Part shown: positions 40,027 to 53,400 of the stretch, piece after piece | Layout: each line of letters begins with the position of its first letter | Position numbering within the stretch: position 1 is the first letter of the stretch | Position numbers and translations under genes: made by a program | The notes under the pieces: model-generated | The model's input: the letters and a program-made list of their open reading frames with translations, nothing else | The model's database searches: none | Told to the model about the DNA's origin: nothing | Source: Mobula hypostoma | Lineage: Eukaryota | Direction: 5' to 3' | DNA length: 64,000 bases | Assembly (NCBI RefSeq): GCF_963921235.1 | Contig: NC_086111.1 | Coordinates: 29,636,001-29,700,000 of the forward strand

Positions 40027-41041
40027 ATGATCGCCCTCTCCCTTGTGTCCAAAACCGTAGGAGCTGGGCCAGTGATCATTCATTCCCACACCTACCGTGG
40101 GGGCATCGATCTGCAGCTTCTTCCTCTCAGGACAGGGAGGGGGAGAAGGCTCAGGAATGTGTGCGGGATGGTGAAATGGACACCTTCGAGACAGATCAGA
40201 GAATTCTCCACTAAGGAATTAGTGACTTTATGGGATAGGTACTGACAAATGTCTGGGGAGTCTTTGGCTACCTGGTTACTGAGGATATAGGATGAGGGGG
40301 GCACCAAAGTGATCCTGTCTAAAAAGAGATGGGTGCTTGGGTGCTGTATCATCACAACACATAATCAATAATGCCCAGAGAACAACTCTTGCTTCCCCTG
40401 AGCATAATGCATCACTATGAAAATGAGTGGTGGCAGCAGTCAGGGTCAGATACTCTTCCCTCCTTGAACTGGATTTAAAATCCCAAGCAGAATGGAGCAA
40501 AGTAGAAGGGGGCACTAAAGTTCTATGCCAGTGGGCTCTTATCACAAAATTATACCACAATAGTGGTAGCCCACCAGACAATAGGACACTTGGTTACGGC
40601 TATGGTTTGCTCAGTAAAAGTGGTAGTGCTGTCTTTAATACCACCAACTGTTGATCTTCTTATAGCTACAGTGATTCAGTTATTACAAGGTTTCGAGTAT
40701 GTAGAAGAGGGTGTGCGTAGCCAGGTACAGAAGTTGGATAACCAGATGGGGAGTGAGGGATCCTGCGTATTCGTAAAGAAATGTTTTTAGTGTTGCTTAA
40801 AGCTGAGGTTCTGGAGGAGCAGCTAAATGGGGATCCCATCCCTACCCTCTCTGCAATGTGGAGGGAGTTCAGTATGGGGAAGCAAGATAGGGAGGTTGCT
40901 GAGGGAGAAGGGTCATTCTTCAAGTCCCCTGCAGATAAGGTTTCCTTCTATCCTCTGCCAGATTCCTTGCATTCCATCCAGGGTTTCCTGCAAAGGATAT
41001 TAGCAAACGCTTACCAGCAGTGGAAATCAGGGGTTGGTTAG
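40027..41041 (+). pseudogene. ERV-L/Fv1-like gag remnant
   Basis: Read through stops and frameshifts: REFSTKELVTLWDRY*QMSGESLATWLLRI*DEGGTKVIL ... SL*K*VVAAVRVRY...WSKVEGGTKVL ... RKEMFLVLLKAEVLEEQLNGDPIPTLSAMW. Collinear with recalled HERV-L gag blocks (KELLEFSNLYKQKSGEQAWEWILRVWDNGG; WFNVEEGIQRL; RVELWHWL...IDRKPT). Confidence 0.78.
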
Positions 41042-42049
41042 TGCCTCATCATTGTAGGGAGAGAGCAAATCAACTTGCAGCCCTCTTCCTGTAAATAGAG
41101 GTTGAACAATTTGCATGTGGAAATTGTGAGGTGTGCCCACATACGTCTGTAGGTGAGAGGCGGAGTGGCGGGATTTGACCTTTAAGAGACCGTAAATCTG
41201 TTCAGTTCACCCAGTTGCTTTCTCTTTCTCAGTGGTTTTCTGACAAGTGCTGTTTTTCTGTGAGAAATTAACTACCTGTTTTAAGTTTTTGTAGTTCCAC
41301 ACAAAGGTTTAAAGAAGAGGAGTGTAGCCTGGACTTTGGGCTTTGAGTTTTGTGTTTAATGTGTTACTTTGTTTCTTGCATTTGTTTAGTGACTTTGTTT
41401 CTCAGTTTTTAAAATCTGTTATGTGTTTATTGTGTCTGAATCTGTTACTTTGTTCCTAGTTTCCCCATGTAACTGGTTTTAGAGATGACCCATTTCATAC
41501 TGGCCATATGAAATAAAAGTTGAAATTTGGTAGAAATTTGGGCAACCTTATTCTGGATATGAGATGCCCACATTTCAGAGGGAATTGACCATTTGGGGAG
41601 CAATTCTAGCAGTTTTGTTGTTTTTGTGTTTTCTGAATACCCAGTGACTAATAAGGAGCAAGTGCATTTGTAACTTCCTGTATTACAGAATGGCAAAGTG
41701 GTAAATGCTGACTTGTGGTGGGTGATCTTCTGATACATTTCTGGGGATGGTGTTTGAATTTCCACACCGGAGCAATTGGTCTGATGGCTGAGTTTCTATG
41801 AGTATTATATAATACTTCTTATTATATCACAGAAGGGATGCCACTGATATTGATTGATCCCTTTGACGATAAAGAACGCTTGTTCGGGGAAATTATCTGG
41901 CTTGTCGGGTTTTGGCATTCTATTTTGGGGGGAGCAGAGAGAGTAGTCTATTCCAGCCTATCTTGACCCAGAGTATGGTAACAGCTTTAAGGGACGTGAG
42001 TCTTAATAGCCTTGGTAGAGTAAGTGTTTTAAGGGCTGGTATTTCCCAA

Positions 42050-42720
42050 TGTACCTTTATATAATTGGAATGTCCTGACTCTTACAGTGATTTCTTATTG
42101 ACAGAGTGTTAGTATAGCTGGTATGCTGAGTACAGGTGCAAGATGGATGGCAAGTGTGAGCAGAAACTGTATCCTGGGATGGCCATGTCTGTACCAAATG
42201 GTGTTGTGAATCTGGGCACTTGCTGGATGTGAATGGCACTTTCTGAATATGCAGTTCCTAGCCCAATCCGTGGCTCCCACAGGGCAGTGTGGTTGATGTG
42301 TGGTCCTGAATATATGCCAGCCCGGTGACCTGGATGAACACCTAGCCCATGTTTGTTGATAAGAGGGCTATTACAAAGGAAGGATGTTTCGAATGAAAGC
42401 CTTTCTCAGCACAGCGTGGCCAAACACTACTGGGAACTGCTTTCGAAGACCTGAGTTTACCTGCTCACAAAAGGAAGATGGCACATGTACTGTTATTGGT
42501 CAAAAATGCTGCACCTACACAACTGACAGGCAAGGTAATATCACTCACCTGCTTGATCATATCTCAGAGTCAGTGTATAAAATTAAGTGGGGGACCAGAT
42601 CATTGGCTATTCACTCCAGGATGGTGCACAGGGAGGCTGGCAGACTACTGCAGTATATGGGGAGATGACTATTGGGTTTACAGTACTGGGTATTTTACTT
42701 CAGTGTCTCAAGTGTAACTT
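42050..42720 (+). pseudogene. Retroviral env remnant (gamma-type TM)
   Basis: WLMCG SU-like motif; YLLTK remnant of the immunosuppressive domain; CTVIGQKCC (CX6CC) at 42486-42512 followed by TY..D..GNIT; Trp-rich HWLFTPGW; hydrophobic MTIGFTVLGILLQCLKC. Confidence 0.75.
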
Positions 42721-43316
42721 AGTTGGGTGTTCGTGAGAATCATACTAGTCCGAGGGTTGGATCATCACATTCACAACTTGAGCGCTGGAGTGTACTCTGG
42801 GGCATGCCTTATTCTGATTATCAAAAGTTGCTTCCATTGTAATTGGTTAATTTAGAAACTGCAGCTGTTTTTGCCATTGGATAGCTGCCTGGTTCCAGTT
42901 TCAAATACCTTAGGTAAATAAAATAGCACGTGGAAGGGGCTTGCTCTCCCTTCCATTGTTTGAGGCAAGGATGCACATGACAATTGGGAAGGTATGCTCT
43001 GCACACACTTTTAACCATTTATGTTTGTTCAATGTACATATCTTTGTTGAATATTCAGCTTTGTAGTGTCTTTAACTTTGGGAGCAAATGTTTGGTTGAA
43101 TGTTTACTATTTGTAAATAAATGATTAATATACCTATTTGAAGTCAGTGCATTTCTTGTCTCACTTGTTGGACCCACAAACCTGATTCAACATTAACTTA
43201 CCACATATTAGCTTTGTGATATTGTTTATTTAAGAAACTTCAAACTTTACAATTATGCCTACACTTATGCCAACCCTAACATGAGAAGTCCAATCCACTG
43301 GACATCGATAATGATA

Positions 43317-45787
43317 GTGAACGGAGCAGGCCAGGCAGCATCTCTAGGAAGAGGTACAGTCGACATTTCGGGCCGAGACCCTTCATCAGGACTAACTGAA
43401 AGAACAGCTAGTAAGAGATTTTAAAGTGGGAGGGGGAGGGGGAGATCCAAAATGATAGGAGAAGACAGGAGGGGGAGGGATGGAGCCAAGGGCTGGACAG
43501 TTGATTGGCAAAAGGGATATGAGAGGATCATGGGACAGGAGGCCCAGGGAGAAAGACAAGGGGGAGGGCGGGAAAGCCCAGAGGATGGGCAAGGGGTATA
43601 GTGAGAGGGACAGAGGGAGAAAAAGGAGAGAGGGAAAAAGAATGTGTGTATATAAATAAATAACAGATGGAGTATGAGGGGGAGGTGGGGCATTAACGGA
43701 AGTTAGAAAAGTTAATGTTCATGGCATCATGCTGGAGGCTACTCAGACGGAATAAAGAGTGTCGTTCCTCCAACCTGAGTGTGGCTTCATCTTTACAGTA
43801 GAGGAGGCCGTGGATGGACATATCAGAATGGGAATGGGACGTGGAATTAAAATGTGTGGCCATTGGGAGTTCCTGCTTTCTCTGGTGGACAGAGCATAGG
43901 AGTTTAGCAAAACAATCTCCCAGTCTGCGTCGGGTCTCGCCAATGTATAAAAGGTCACATCGGGAGCACCGGACGCAGTACATCACCCCAGCCGACTCAC
44001 AGGTGAAGTGTTGCCTCACCTGGAAGGACCGTCTGGGGCCCTGAACGGTGGTAAGGGAGGAAGTGTAAGGGCATGTGTAGCATTTGTTCCACTTACAAGG
44101 CTAAGTGCCAGGAGGGAGATCAGTGGGGAGGGACGGGGGGGGGGAAACGAATGGATAAGGGAGTCGTGTAGGGAGCGATCCCTGCAGAAAGCGGGGGGGG
44201 GAGGGAAAGATGTGCTGTGGGTGGGATCCCGTTGTAGGTGGCGGAAGTTACGGAGAATTATATGTTGGACCCGGCGGCTGGTGGGGTGGTAGGTGAGGAC
44301 AAGGGGAACCCTATTCCTAGTGGGGTGGCGGGAGGATGGAGTGAGAGCAGATGTGTGTGAAATGGGGGAGATGTGTTTGAGAGCAGAGTTGATGGCAGAG
44401 GAAGAGAAGCCCCTTTCTTTAAAAAAGGAGGACATTGCCCTCGTCCTGGAATGAAAAGCCTCATCCTGAGAGCAGATGCAGTGGAGACAGAGGAATTGTG
44501 AGAAGGGGATGGAATTTTTACAAGAGACAGGGTGAGAAGAGGAATAGTCCAGATAGCTGTGAGAGTCAGTAGGCTTATAGTAGACATCAGTAGATAAGCT
44601 GTCTCCAGAGATAGAGACAGAAAGATCTAGAAAGGGGAGGGAGGTATCGGAAATGGACCAGGTAAACTTGAGGGCAGGGTGAAAGTTGGAAGCAAAGTTA
44701 ATGAAGTCAATGAGCTCAGCATGCGTGCAGGAAGCAGCGCCAATGCAGTTGTCGATGTAGCGAAGGAAAAGTGGGGGACAGATGCCAGAATAGGTTTGGA
44801 ACATAAATTGTTTCACAAAGCCAACAAAAAGGCAGGCATAGCTAGGACCCATACAGGTGCCCATAGCTACACCTTTAGTTTGGAGGAAGTGGGCGGAGCC
44901 AAAGGAGAAATTATTAAGAGTAAGGACTAATTCCGCTAGACGGAGCAGAGTGGTGGTAGAGGGGAACTAATTAGGTCTGGAATCCAAAAAGAAGTGGACA
45001 GCTTTGAGACCTTCCTGATGGGGGATGGAAGTATATAGGGACTGGACATCCATGGTGAAAATAAAGCGGTGGGGGCCAGGGAACTTAAAATCATCGAAAA
45101 ATTTCAGAGTGTGAGAAGTGTCATGAACATAGGTAGGAAGGGATTGAACAAGGGGGGATAAAACCGTGTCCACCAGAGGAAGCAGGATCTCCCAGTGGCC
45201 ACACATTTTAATTCCACGTCCCACTGCCATTCTGATTATGTCTATCCACGGCCTCCTCTACTGTAAAGATGAAGCCACACTCAGGTTGGAGGAACAACAC
45301 CTTATATTCCATCTGGGTAGTCTCCAACCTGTTGGCATGAATATTGACTTCTCAAACTTCCGCTAATGCCCCACCTCCCCCTTGTACCCCATCTGTTATT
45401 TATTTATATACACACATTCTTTCTTTCTCTCTCCTTTTTCTCCCTCTGTCCCTCTCACTATACCCCTTGCCCATCCTCTTGGCTTTCCCCTCCCTCCCCC
45501 TTTTCTTTCTCCCTAGGCCTCCTGTCCCATGATCCTATCATACCCCTTTTGCCAATCAACTGTCCAGCTCTTGGCTCCATCCCTCCCCCTCCTGTCTTCT
45601 CCTATCATTTCAGATCTCCCCCTCCCCCTTTCAAATCTCTTACTAGCTCTTCTTTCAGTTAGTCCTGACGAAGCCCAAAACGTCAACTGTACCTCTTCCT
45701 AGAGATGCTGCCTGGCCTGCTACGTTCACCAGCAACTTTTATGTGTGTTGCTTGAAATTCCAGTATCTGCAGATTTCCTCGTGTTTG
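43317..45787 (-). mobile_element. Penelope-like element: minus-strand RT + GIY-YIG with an inverted plus-strand 3' copy
   Basis: RT motifs FTMDVQSLYTSIP, MGTCMGPSYA, FLRYIDN, LPFLD; GIY-YIG VMYCVRCSRCDLLYIGET; 45166-45728 is the inverted copy of about 43317-43895; exact 14-bp TSD CATCGATAATGATA (43303-43316, 45788-45801). Confidence 0.94.
43358..43393 (-). ncRNA. Minimal hammerhead ribozyme motif (PLE type), sense to the BSN pre-mRNA
   Basis: AGTC-CTGATGA-AGGGTCTCGGCCC-GAAA-TGTC-GACT; intact core, stem I AGTC/GACT, stem III palindrome altered (ACGT to ATGT). Confidence 0.65.
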
Positions 45788-46046
45788 CATCGATAATGAT
45801 ACATTATTTTCTCAACCATGAATTTGATGCCACCAAACAATTGAAACTCATCCTTTCATCAACTTGTGTACCTAAAAAAGTAAATTTCAGTGCCAAACAG
45901 ATTTTATCTGGCACTAATTCTACCGATTCTTCTGGAATCTAAATGAACATTTGGAAATAAACAGTAACAACTGTCTCAGGAGTAATAAGAGATTCTAATA
46001 ACGAAGCAATGAATGAGTGCTTCACTCTATTTACCACTGTAAATGT

Positions 46047-46350
46047 TGGCGCGTAGCCAAGTGGTTAAGGCATCAGTCTAGTGATCTGAAGGTCGCTAGT
46101 TCGAGCCCCAGCTGAGGCAGTATGTTGCGTTCTTGAGCAAGGCACTTAACCACACATTGCTCTGCGACGACATCAGTGCCAAGCTGTATTGGCCCTAGTA
46201 CCGTTCCCTTGGACAATATTGGTGGCGTAGAGAGGGAAGACTTGCAGCCTGGGCAACTGCTGGTCTTCGATACAACCTTGCCCAGGCTTGCGCCCTGGAA
46301 ACCTTCCAAGGCGCAAATCCATGGTCTCATGAGACTAACGGATGCCTATA
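46047..46350 (+). mobile_element. tRNA-derived CORE-like SINE
   Basis: A-box TAGCCAAGTGG, B-box GTTCGAGCCC, CORE-like TTGAGCAAGGCACTTAACC; flanking TAAATG direct repeats. Confidence 0.8.
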
Positions 46351-49059
46351 TAAATGATAAAAGTAACTGCAAAGAGACAAAGAAGCAGAATGTGTTTCCA
46401 GCATGTTCTGTTCTATTACTCAGATAATATCAGAACTCCACTTCACACAATTTCAAGTCCCAACAACATTAAAGACTAATATCTTGCCCAGAATCACTGG
46501 AGTTCTCACAGAAAGCCTCAGGAGAACCTTCAGCCAAATACCCAATGTCAGCAGATCAGTAGCTGGCAGACAATATTCCGAATTGGAGGAGAATTCATCC
46601 TGTCGGAGCAGTTCTCTTGTCCACCTCCACACGCAGAACATAAAATAACAATTGACTCAAGGGCCTACATTTATCTACCAGTGGCAGTGACACTTCAAAT
46701 AAGTATACTTACCTCCTTCACAGCCTTCAAAGCATCCCGACTATGCAAGTTATTTAGATCCACTGACGATCATACATGGAATTGCCATCAACCAGCACTT
46801 GATATTCAGGAGCACTGACTTGTCCAGGGATTCAAAGACTACACACAAACTACTGAACCAAATGGTGTAGCCTCAACTCCCAAAATCTAATACGTCCACA
46901 GATACAGAGTAAAAGTGTTAACTCTGCTTCTCTCGCCACACATGCTGGTAACTCAAATGTATTCTGAATTTTTTGTTTCAATTCAACTTCCCAGCAGTAG
47001 CTGTATTTTGAATTTAGATTAAATGGGACCCAAGTGGTTAATTTAATGAACAACACAGGAAGCTTAACTGATTAGTTTCCATCATTATCATGCTGGTTGG
47101 ATTTTTGATAACATTATCTAAAAGCCCAACTCCACAAATACATCAACAAAATATCAAAATAAATCAACTATTATCTTCCCAATGACTAATCTCACCAGAG
47201 AATGTGTTAACTCACACAGCTTTACCTTCATTATATTGTCCAATGTAGCATTTGTCAAAGCCACTTTTAAAAGCCACATATCATCAAAACTTGCCTACTT
47301 ATAGCTTAGCATGTCGAGAGAAACCATTTGGGCCAAACTAAATTAAGAATATGACACAACAGGGACAAATAAAGTCCACAATAAATTCATTTAATCCTAC
47401 AAATTAATAGCTTAGTGACATAGGAAACGAAGAGCAATGTTATGATAAAGAAAACCCCTTAACCAATCTGGCGGTTTTTAACACCTTGATTAAAAAGTAG
47501 TGAGATTGTATTCCATTCTACAAGCCTAGTATATTAAAGTTTGTTATTTATGCCCCTTTAACACATGAAAATGACAGGTAACCATTATTTAAATGAAAAA
47601 ATTATTAAGGCAGATTACAAATGGCGAGTGGAGGATTCATTGGCAAGCTACATTAAAGGCAACAGATCACTTTCAGAACTGAACTGTGATATTTAAATCT
47701 TTTTTATTTAGATACCAACTTCTCAAATAACATAGAAAATGAAATTAGACTGTCTTTCTAAATGGCTGTACACCAAGATTTATCTGCTGTTACAGATCTG
47801 ACATGTGTTTTCCCAAGGGGTTCTGGAAACAGTACAGTGGAAAATGTAAACCTTGTGACTCAGAAAAAAAATGAACTTAGTGTTTGCTGAGCTGCACGTA
47901 TCAACTTAAGGGCACCTGTGACCTGGCATGCAATGCGTGTGTTAGTAAAAATAAAAATTAGTGTACTTGTTTCATAAAATCAAATCTAAAGCAAACCTCA
48001 GCTGTAGCCAACACAAAAATATGTGGAAAGCATATTATGATGCAAAATTTGAAAACAGAAACTGTTGCTCAGAAGAACAAAGGTAAGGACGTATTACCTA
48101 TAATCATTTATTTCATTTCAACTCATCTGATTTCAGGTCAGCCAAAAAATGAAACATAACCTTTCAATATCAATCTCAATTCAACAGCTATATAATTATT
48201 CTTCTCCCCCATTTATTCCTTGTAATCAACTTTATGATAAACAAGTTTTCTGATAGAGAATGCTTCCATAGTTTTGGTTTCTAAGGAATTAATTTGGAAA
48301 AGTGATAACTGGAGTCTGCAGCAATTCACATCAGATAATGCTGCTTTTTCTTCCCTCAACAGAATAAACTGCAATACTAACCATTTCTCGGTAGTTTCAT
48401 CAATCCAGAAATTTAAAGAGGAACAAGTTAATTATACACCCTTAGAAAGGAACTTCTCATCAGGTCTCATGGAATGCCACTGTTCACGATGCAACACTAA
48501 TTTGGGGTTATTGCAGTGTTGCTCAGATCACAAAATGTCACTATTTTACTCTCTTACAACTTAAATATCTCCAGCACACTGCTACATTAGGACACAAGCC
48601 ATGCTACTTAATCTTTCAAACTCTTCACCCCAACCCTGTACCAAATCACTTCTATTTTCAATAATCCATTCCCTCTCTAAATCAACATTTGGTATAGCAG
48701 TATCAGTATCTCCAACACACATTTTCTGTCAGTGCCAGATCCCAACCCCCAACTATTAATTATGCAGTGTCCAGCTCTGGCACTCCTACCCTTATCAGCC
48801 ACAGATTTGCAACAGAACTTCATAGCTTGAATAGTCCAGCCATTTAGTAACTCCAAATTGATGGTCTTACTGACTGAACAACTGTTGTTTTCAGTTTTTC
48901 ATCTCTACCTCTTCTCGGCCTCAAGACACGAAGAAATGTCTATCAGATTGAAGCACTACAAAAGCATGATTTACATTGATAATACTTCCATAGCTAGATC
49001 ATTCATTTCACAACAATCAGGAAACAGTAAGGAATTAAATATTTTGTCTCTCTTCACAG

Positions 49060-50420
49060 GAGGTGCGAGCCTCCAGGAAATGGTAGAAAATAACAAATCT
49101 AGAATAAATGGGCAGAATAGGAAAAATAGTACTGTATTGGAGAAAGTAAATGGTACTTAAAGTCAAAAAATCACCTGGAGCTGTTTCCTAATTTAGTTGT
49201 TGTGCCAGTTGTCAGGTTCATGACTCTCAGTAACTGAAATATGGTAAGATGATCCCAATATTAAATGAGGGAGACCAGTTTAGTCCGCTATCAGATGTGA
49301 GAAAATACCAAAATCAATTATTAAGGAGGGAGCAGAACTAGAATCAGATTTGTTATGTCATGAATTCTGTTGTTTTGCAGCAGCAATACAGTGCAATACG
49401 TAATAAAAAAAACTATAAATTACTATTAGAAAATAGGACTTGGCAGAAGCAAATGGTTTGCAAAAGGGAAATCATCTTTAATAAATATGTTAAAAGTATT
49501 TTGAGATTATTACTAGTACAATAGGCAAGAGGCAGCTGTAGGCATGGTGCATAATACATAATATTTTAGAAGTCCTTTGATAACATGTTATACATCAGAT
49601 GCTTAAACAATCATAGCAGAGGACTGATTATTGAAAAAAATACTAAGAATCAAATATGTTGAGATTAATGTTGAGAAGCTGGAACCATTGGAGCGAAAAA
49701 GGGATTTGGGTTAAGAGGCCGATAGGCAAATTTCTATGTTTACTATTATTGAACTAAATGTCAATACAAGTTGCAATGAGAATTCAGAAATGTTTCAGAA
49801 GAATAAATATCAGACTTAGGGCAATGTGCATAGAATACAATTCAGACAAATTATAATCATTCTCTTTGATGGGAAAATTAAAAGGGGAATTTGATTGAAA
49901 TATTAGAGATGCAAAACTGTTCAAAGAGCCCCAAATATCTGCATTTCCTAAATACATAGGAAATAGCATACTTGCCATAGAGAGGATACAACAAAGGTTC
50001 GTCACAATGATTCTTAGTGGGCGAGTGATTAGCATCTTGGATCCATACACTCCAAGAATGAGAGGTGATTTTGAAACATTCAAAGTTCCATTGTGCTTGA
50101 CAGACAAAAAGACATACCCCCGGTTGACGTGCTTCGAACCAGAGCTCAGATTCTCAAAACCTGGATTTGGCCGTTCAGCATTGAAACAAGAAGATATTTC
50201 ATGAAAGGAGACTTTGGAATTCCCTACTCAGGAGGACCATAGGGGCTCTGCCTTGGATTTTATTCAAGGCAAATGAATAGATGTTTACAACAAGGAAATC
50301 AAAGAATATGGGGTTAGTACAGGTTAAGTAGCACTAACGCTGAGTGATCAGCTATGATCTTAATAAATGGGAAAGCACACGACTGGTTGATCAGATTCCT
50401 CCTGTTCGTATTCCTTTCAT
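49060..50420 (+). mobile_element. Old degenerate CR1 LINE
   Basis: Scattered remnants (KSPG, SPLIT, LAIERIQQRF) and a CR1-type tail. Confidence 0.5.
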
Positions 50421-53400
50421 TACATCCTTATAGTAGCTATAAATATAGCGGCAAACAGACTACTTTCCAAGTTTAAAAGTCTACAACTGAGACAAACTCA
50501 CAGTTCTATCAACCATTTTTTGAGAAAAATTATTTTGCTGTGATATGCAGGCAAGTAGCTTGAAATCAGTCAAGAACTAAATGGATTTAAATAGGAAGCA
50601 CAAATCGTTGAAATGAATGATAGCGGTGAAGACTGAAATAACTTTCACAAGCCTTATATCCTATCAATTTAGAGAATTGCATTACCCTCTATCAATCATT
50701 CACCTTTTCCTCTGAGGTACAGTTCATCACACAAGATAAACTCATTCAGCATCTGCAACAGAATTCTGTTCAGATGTTCAGTTGACAACAGTGTAATGGA
50801 ATAGCAGTGTAACAAATGCAATTTTAAAATATAGTTCTAAGGTGCTGTTCAGTGCCTACAATATGGAGGACATACCACTTCACTTCTGGTATTGTCTGCT
50901 GAAATAACTGGCATGTTTCATGCAATCACTGGGATAGATGAGAATTGCTCATACATTCTGAGATAAACCAAGGCGTTCTTTTAATTACGTACTCAAATCA
51001 ACCATTAGCATTCAGTTAAAACATGCCCCTCACACATTATATATAAAATCTCACAACAAAGTTTGCTATCACCAAAATGCAGAGTTTTATATAAAAAGTA
51101 CATCTGAAATATCTACTGTAAACAGTAAGCATCACAATTATTTGCTACTTCAACAATGCTTCCAAAAAATTCAAATTTCTACCACTGAGAACCATACGGG
51201 TAATGTCTGCATATACTCCTTCCAAGGTGTGCATCTTAACTTGGAAAATATAATAATTTCTTCATAGTTGGTAGGTTTAATACCAGAGGTTCCCTGTGCA
51301 AGATTGTGGTAAAAGTCTTGATGAGAAAGAGTGCCATGGTTCATGGGTGGCTATCACTGTCACCTTAAGGCAGTTAGGGATGACTATTAAATGCGGTAAG
51401 TAACTGTAAAAAGTACCATGTGGCGTGTGGCATTTATCAGCTAATTCTGGCCCACTTTAATGGCCATCACAAAATAATTTACTTTGGCCGCCAAAAGACA
51501 TTAGTTAAAGAATGATTAGCCAACAATCTTCATGTCTCAGCTGACTCCTCCATGCTCAGTTCTATCTATACTAAATTGTGAGGCTGGCATTTACCATAAA
51601 TCTTCTATCTCAATTTTTTTTTAATTAGCAGAAACACAGGTTGACAACAGGGACAATCTTTTCTTTAAAACTTTCTCATGTGGATCTGATGTTCAGAAAA
51701 CTCAGTTATGTTAATATTTTGATTTACACTACTTGAAAAGCTTAGCTATCACAAACCAGTTTCCTTGGTGCTAAACAGATGCCACTTATCTTGTGAGGCA
51801 GATTGATTAACAACAAAGCAACAGCTCACCTTTAAATTTTGTGCATCTATTCGCTGACATGATAACTTTGTAAGCAAAATTTCTAGCTGTGTGCCTCACT
51901 GATGTGAGGGGACACACAACACTCTTCAAAAATATATTTTTAAGAAAGCTTTTACAAGAAATAGGGTTCATTGGAAATTACTTGACTATTTTCCCCCCAG
52001 GCTTTTATCCGTATCACTTCTGCTCTTCCTGTATGGACCTCAGGAAGAAATATATCAATTTTGATACCTAAATTGACTTGCAGGGCAAATAAAAAAAATG
52101 CGCAATTGTCTGGACCATCCCCGTTTAAGAGCCAGTAGACTTGAGGCCTCCCACGCATGCAGGTGTGAAGAGTAAAGCCCCAAATTTCCTGACAGCTGAT
52201 TGGTGATTTCACTAATTTGCTACACTGGACTGACAGGGGACCACATTCCAAAGCTACCGAGTTCACTTACATGGAGAGAAACAGTTGCAAGAGTCTGGTG
52301 ATTTTAATGGAAATTGACTTGCCCAAAATGGTTCCTATTTTAAGTGCTTGAATGATACATTATTTAAATTTAACACTGATGTCTAAAACCTTTGAAAGTT
52401 ATGTGCAGGGCTTCATCAGATATTGACACAAGATTGGATTTATAACCAGTAGGCCTTGCACTACAGACACCACCCCTTAGAGGATAATGTTAATTTTAGC
52501 AAGGAAGTTGCTACATGAAAATTCAGAAATGACAAGTATGAGATCATTGGGCAACTAAACAGTTTAACACAGCCAGAAACTTCTGGGCCACTATTTCCAC
52601 AAACTCTCCTCCATCACAGACATACCCAACCATTGCTTTAAATTTCCAATACAGAATTAAGCAGAAATAAACATTAAATGGGCAAATGCTTAAGAAAATA
52701 AGACATTTGGAGGCATTCAAAATGAATTACTAATTTCAACTCTCCAGTACAAGGATTTGAAACATGTTTAGCAGGGTGTCAGGCTTGCCTGATGCAAAGA
52801 TGAAATATGCCTTTTGTTAATCATTAAAATACAAAACAAAAAAAATACTGATCATACCTAACTTTTCATTTCTTTGAAAGTTAAAATTTAACAAGACGGG
52901 GGAAGGAAACCAAAGATATCATACATAAAACTTACCATTTTTCATCAATTCATTATATATTTGTAATTTCAATACAGATTAAAATACAATACATTTTGCT
53001 GTGGAATGTATCTGTGAGCCTGCACATAGATAGCAACTTTATTAAATTCTACCAAAGCAACTCAGATCTTCCAGATAAATCTGCAATAAAATTCTTTCTG
53101 ATTTTCAATGGCACTGAAAAGAACAGGAATAAACAGTACTGACAATAGCTCAGTGAGAGAATTGATGATGTTTTGTAATAACTCCATTTACACAGTCAAC
53201 TGTGTAAATTATGATGCCATTTTACATTACAAAGAGGACACTGCACTTAGTTTTTAATATCTTGAAAAATAACAGCTCTGTTGAAAAAGCCCAAGAGAAT
53301 TGTCCCCAATGAACAAAATATAATGTCAGCTTCTTTCTCCCACCTATCCCCACCCCCAAATTTCAGTATGTGCAAAACACAACAGTAACTGATAGATATT

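Larger units (their letters stand above)
38299..43192 (+). mobile_element. Endogenous retrovirus, class III (ERV-L-like) gag with gamma-type env, no pol detected
   Basis: Paired LTRs 38299-38556 (3' end lost) and 42791-43192 (TG...CA) share AAAGTTGCTTCCA, TTTAGAAACTGCAGCTG, AATAAATGATTAA and TTTGAAGTCAGTGCA; flanks TTGAC/TTAAC; gag and env remnants inside. Confidence 0.82.

Noticed and set aside
41042-42000. ERV pro/pol
   Set aside because: No DTG, YxDD or integrase motifs seen, and the interval is too short.
46047-46115. Possible tRNA gene
   Set aside because: Has A and B boxes but continues into a CORE-like body and tail with flanking direct repeats; it is a SINE head.
46713-46838. Cryptic 126-nt exon with a strong GAG|GTAAGT donor on the BSN strand
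   Set aside because: Contains an in-frame TGA and has a weak acceptor; such sites arise by chance in 38 kb.
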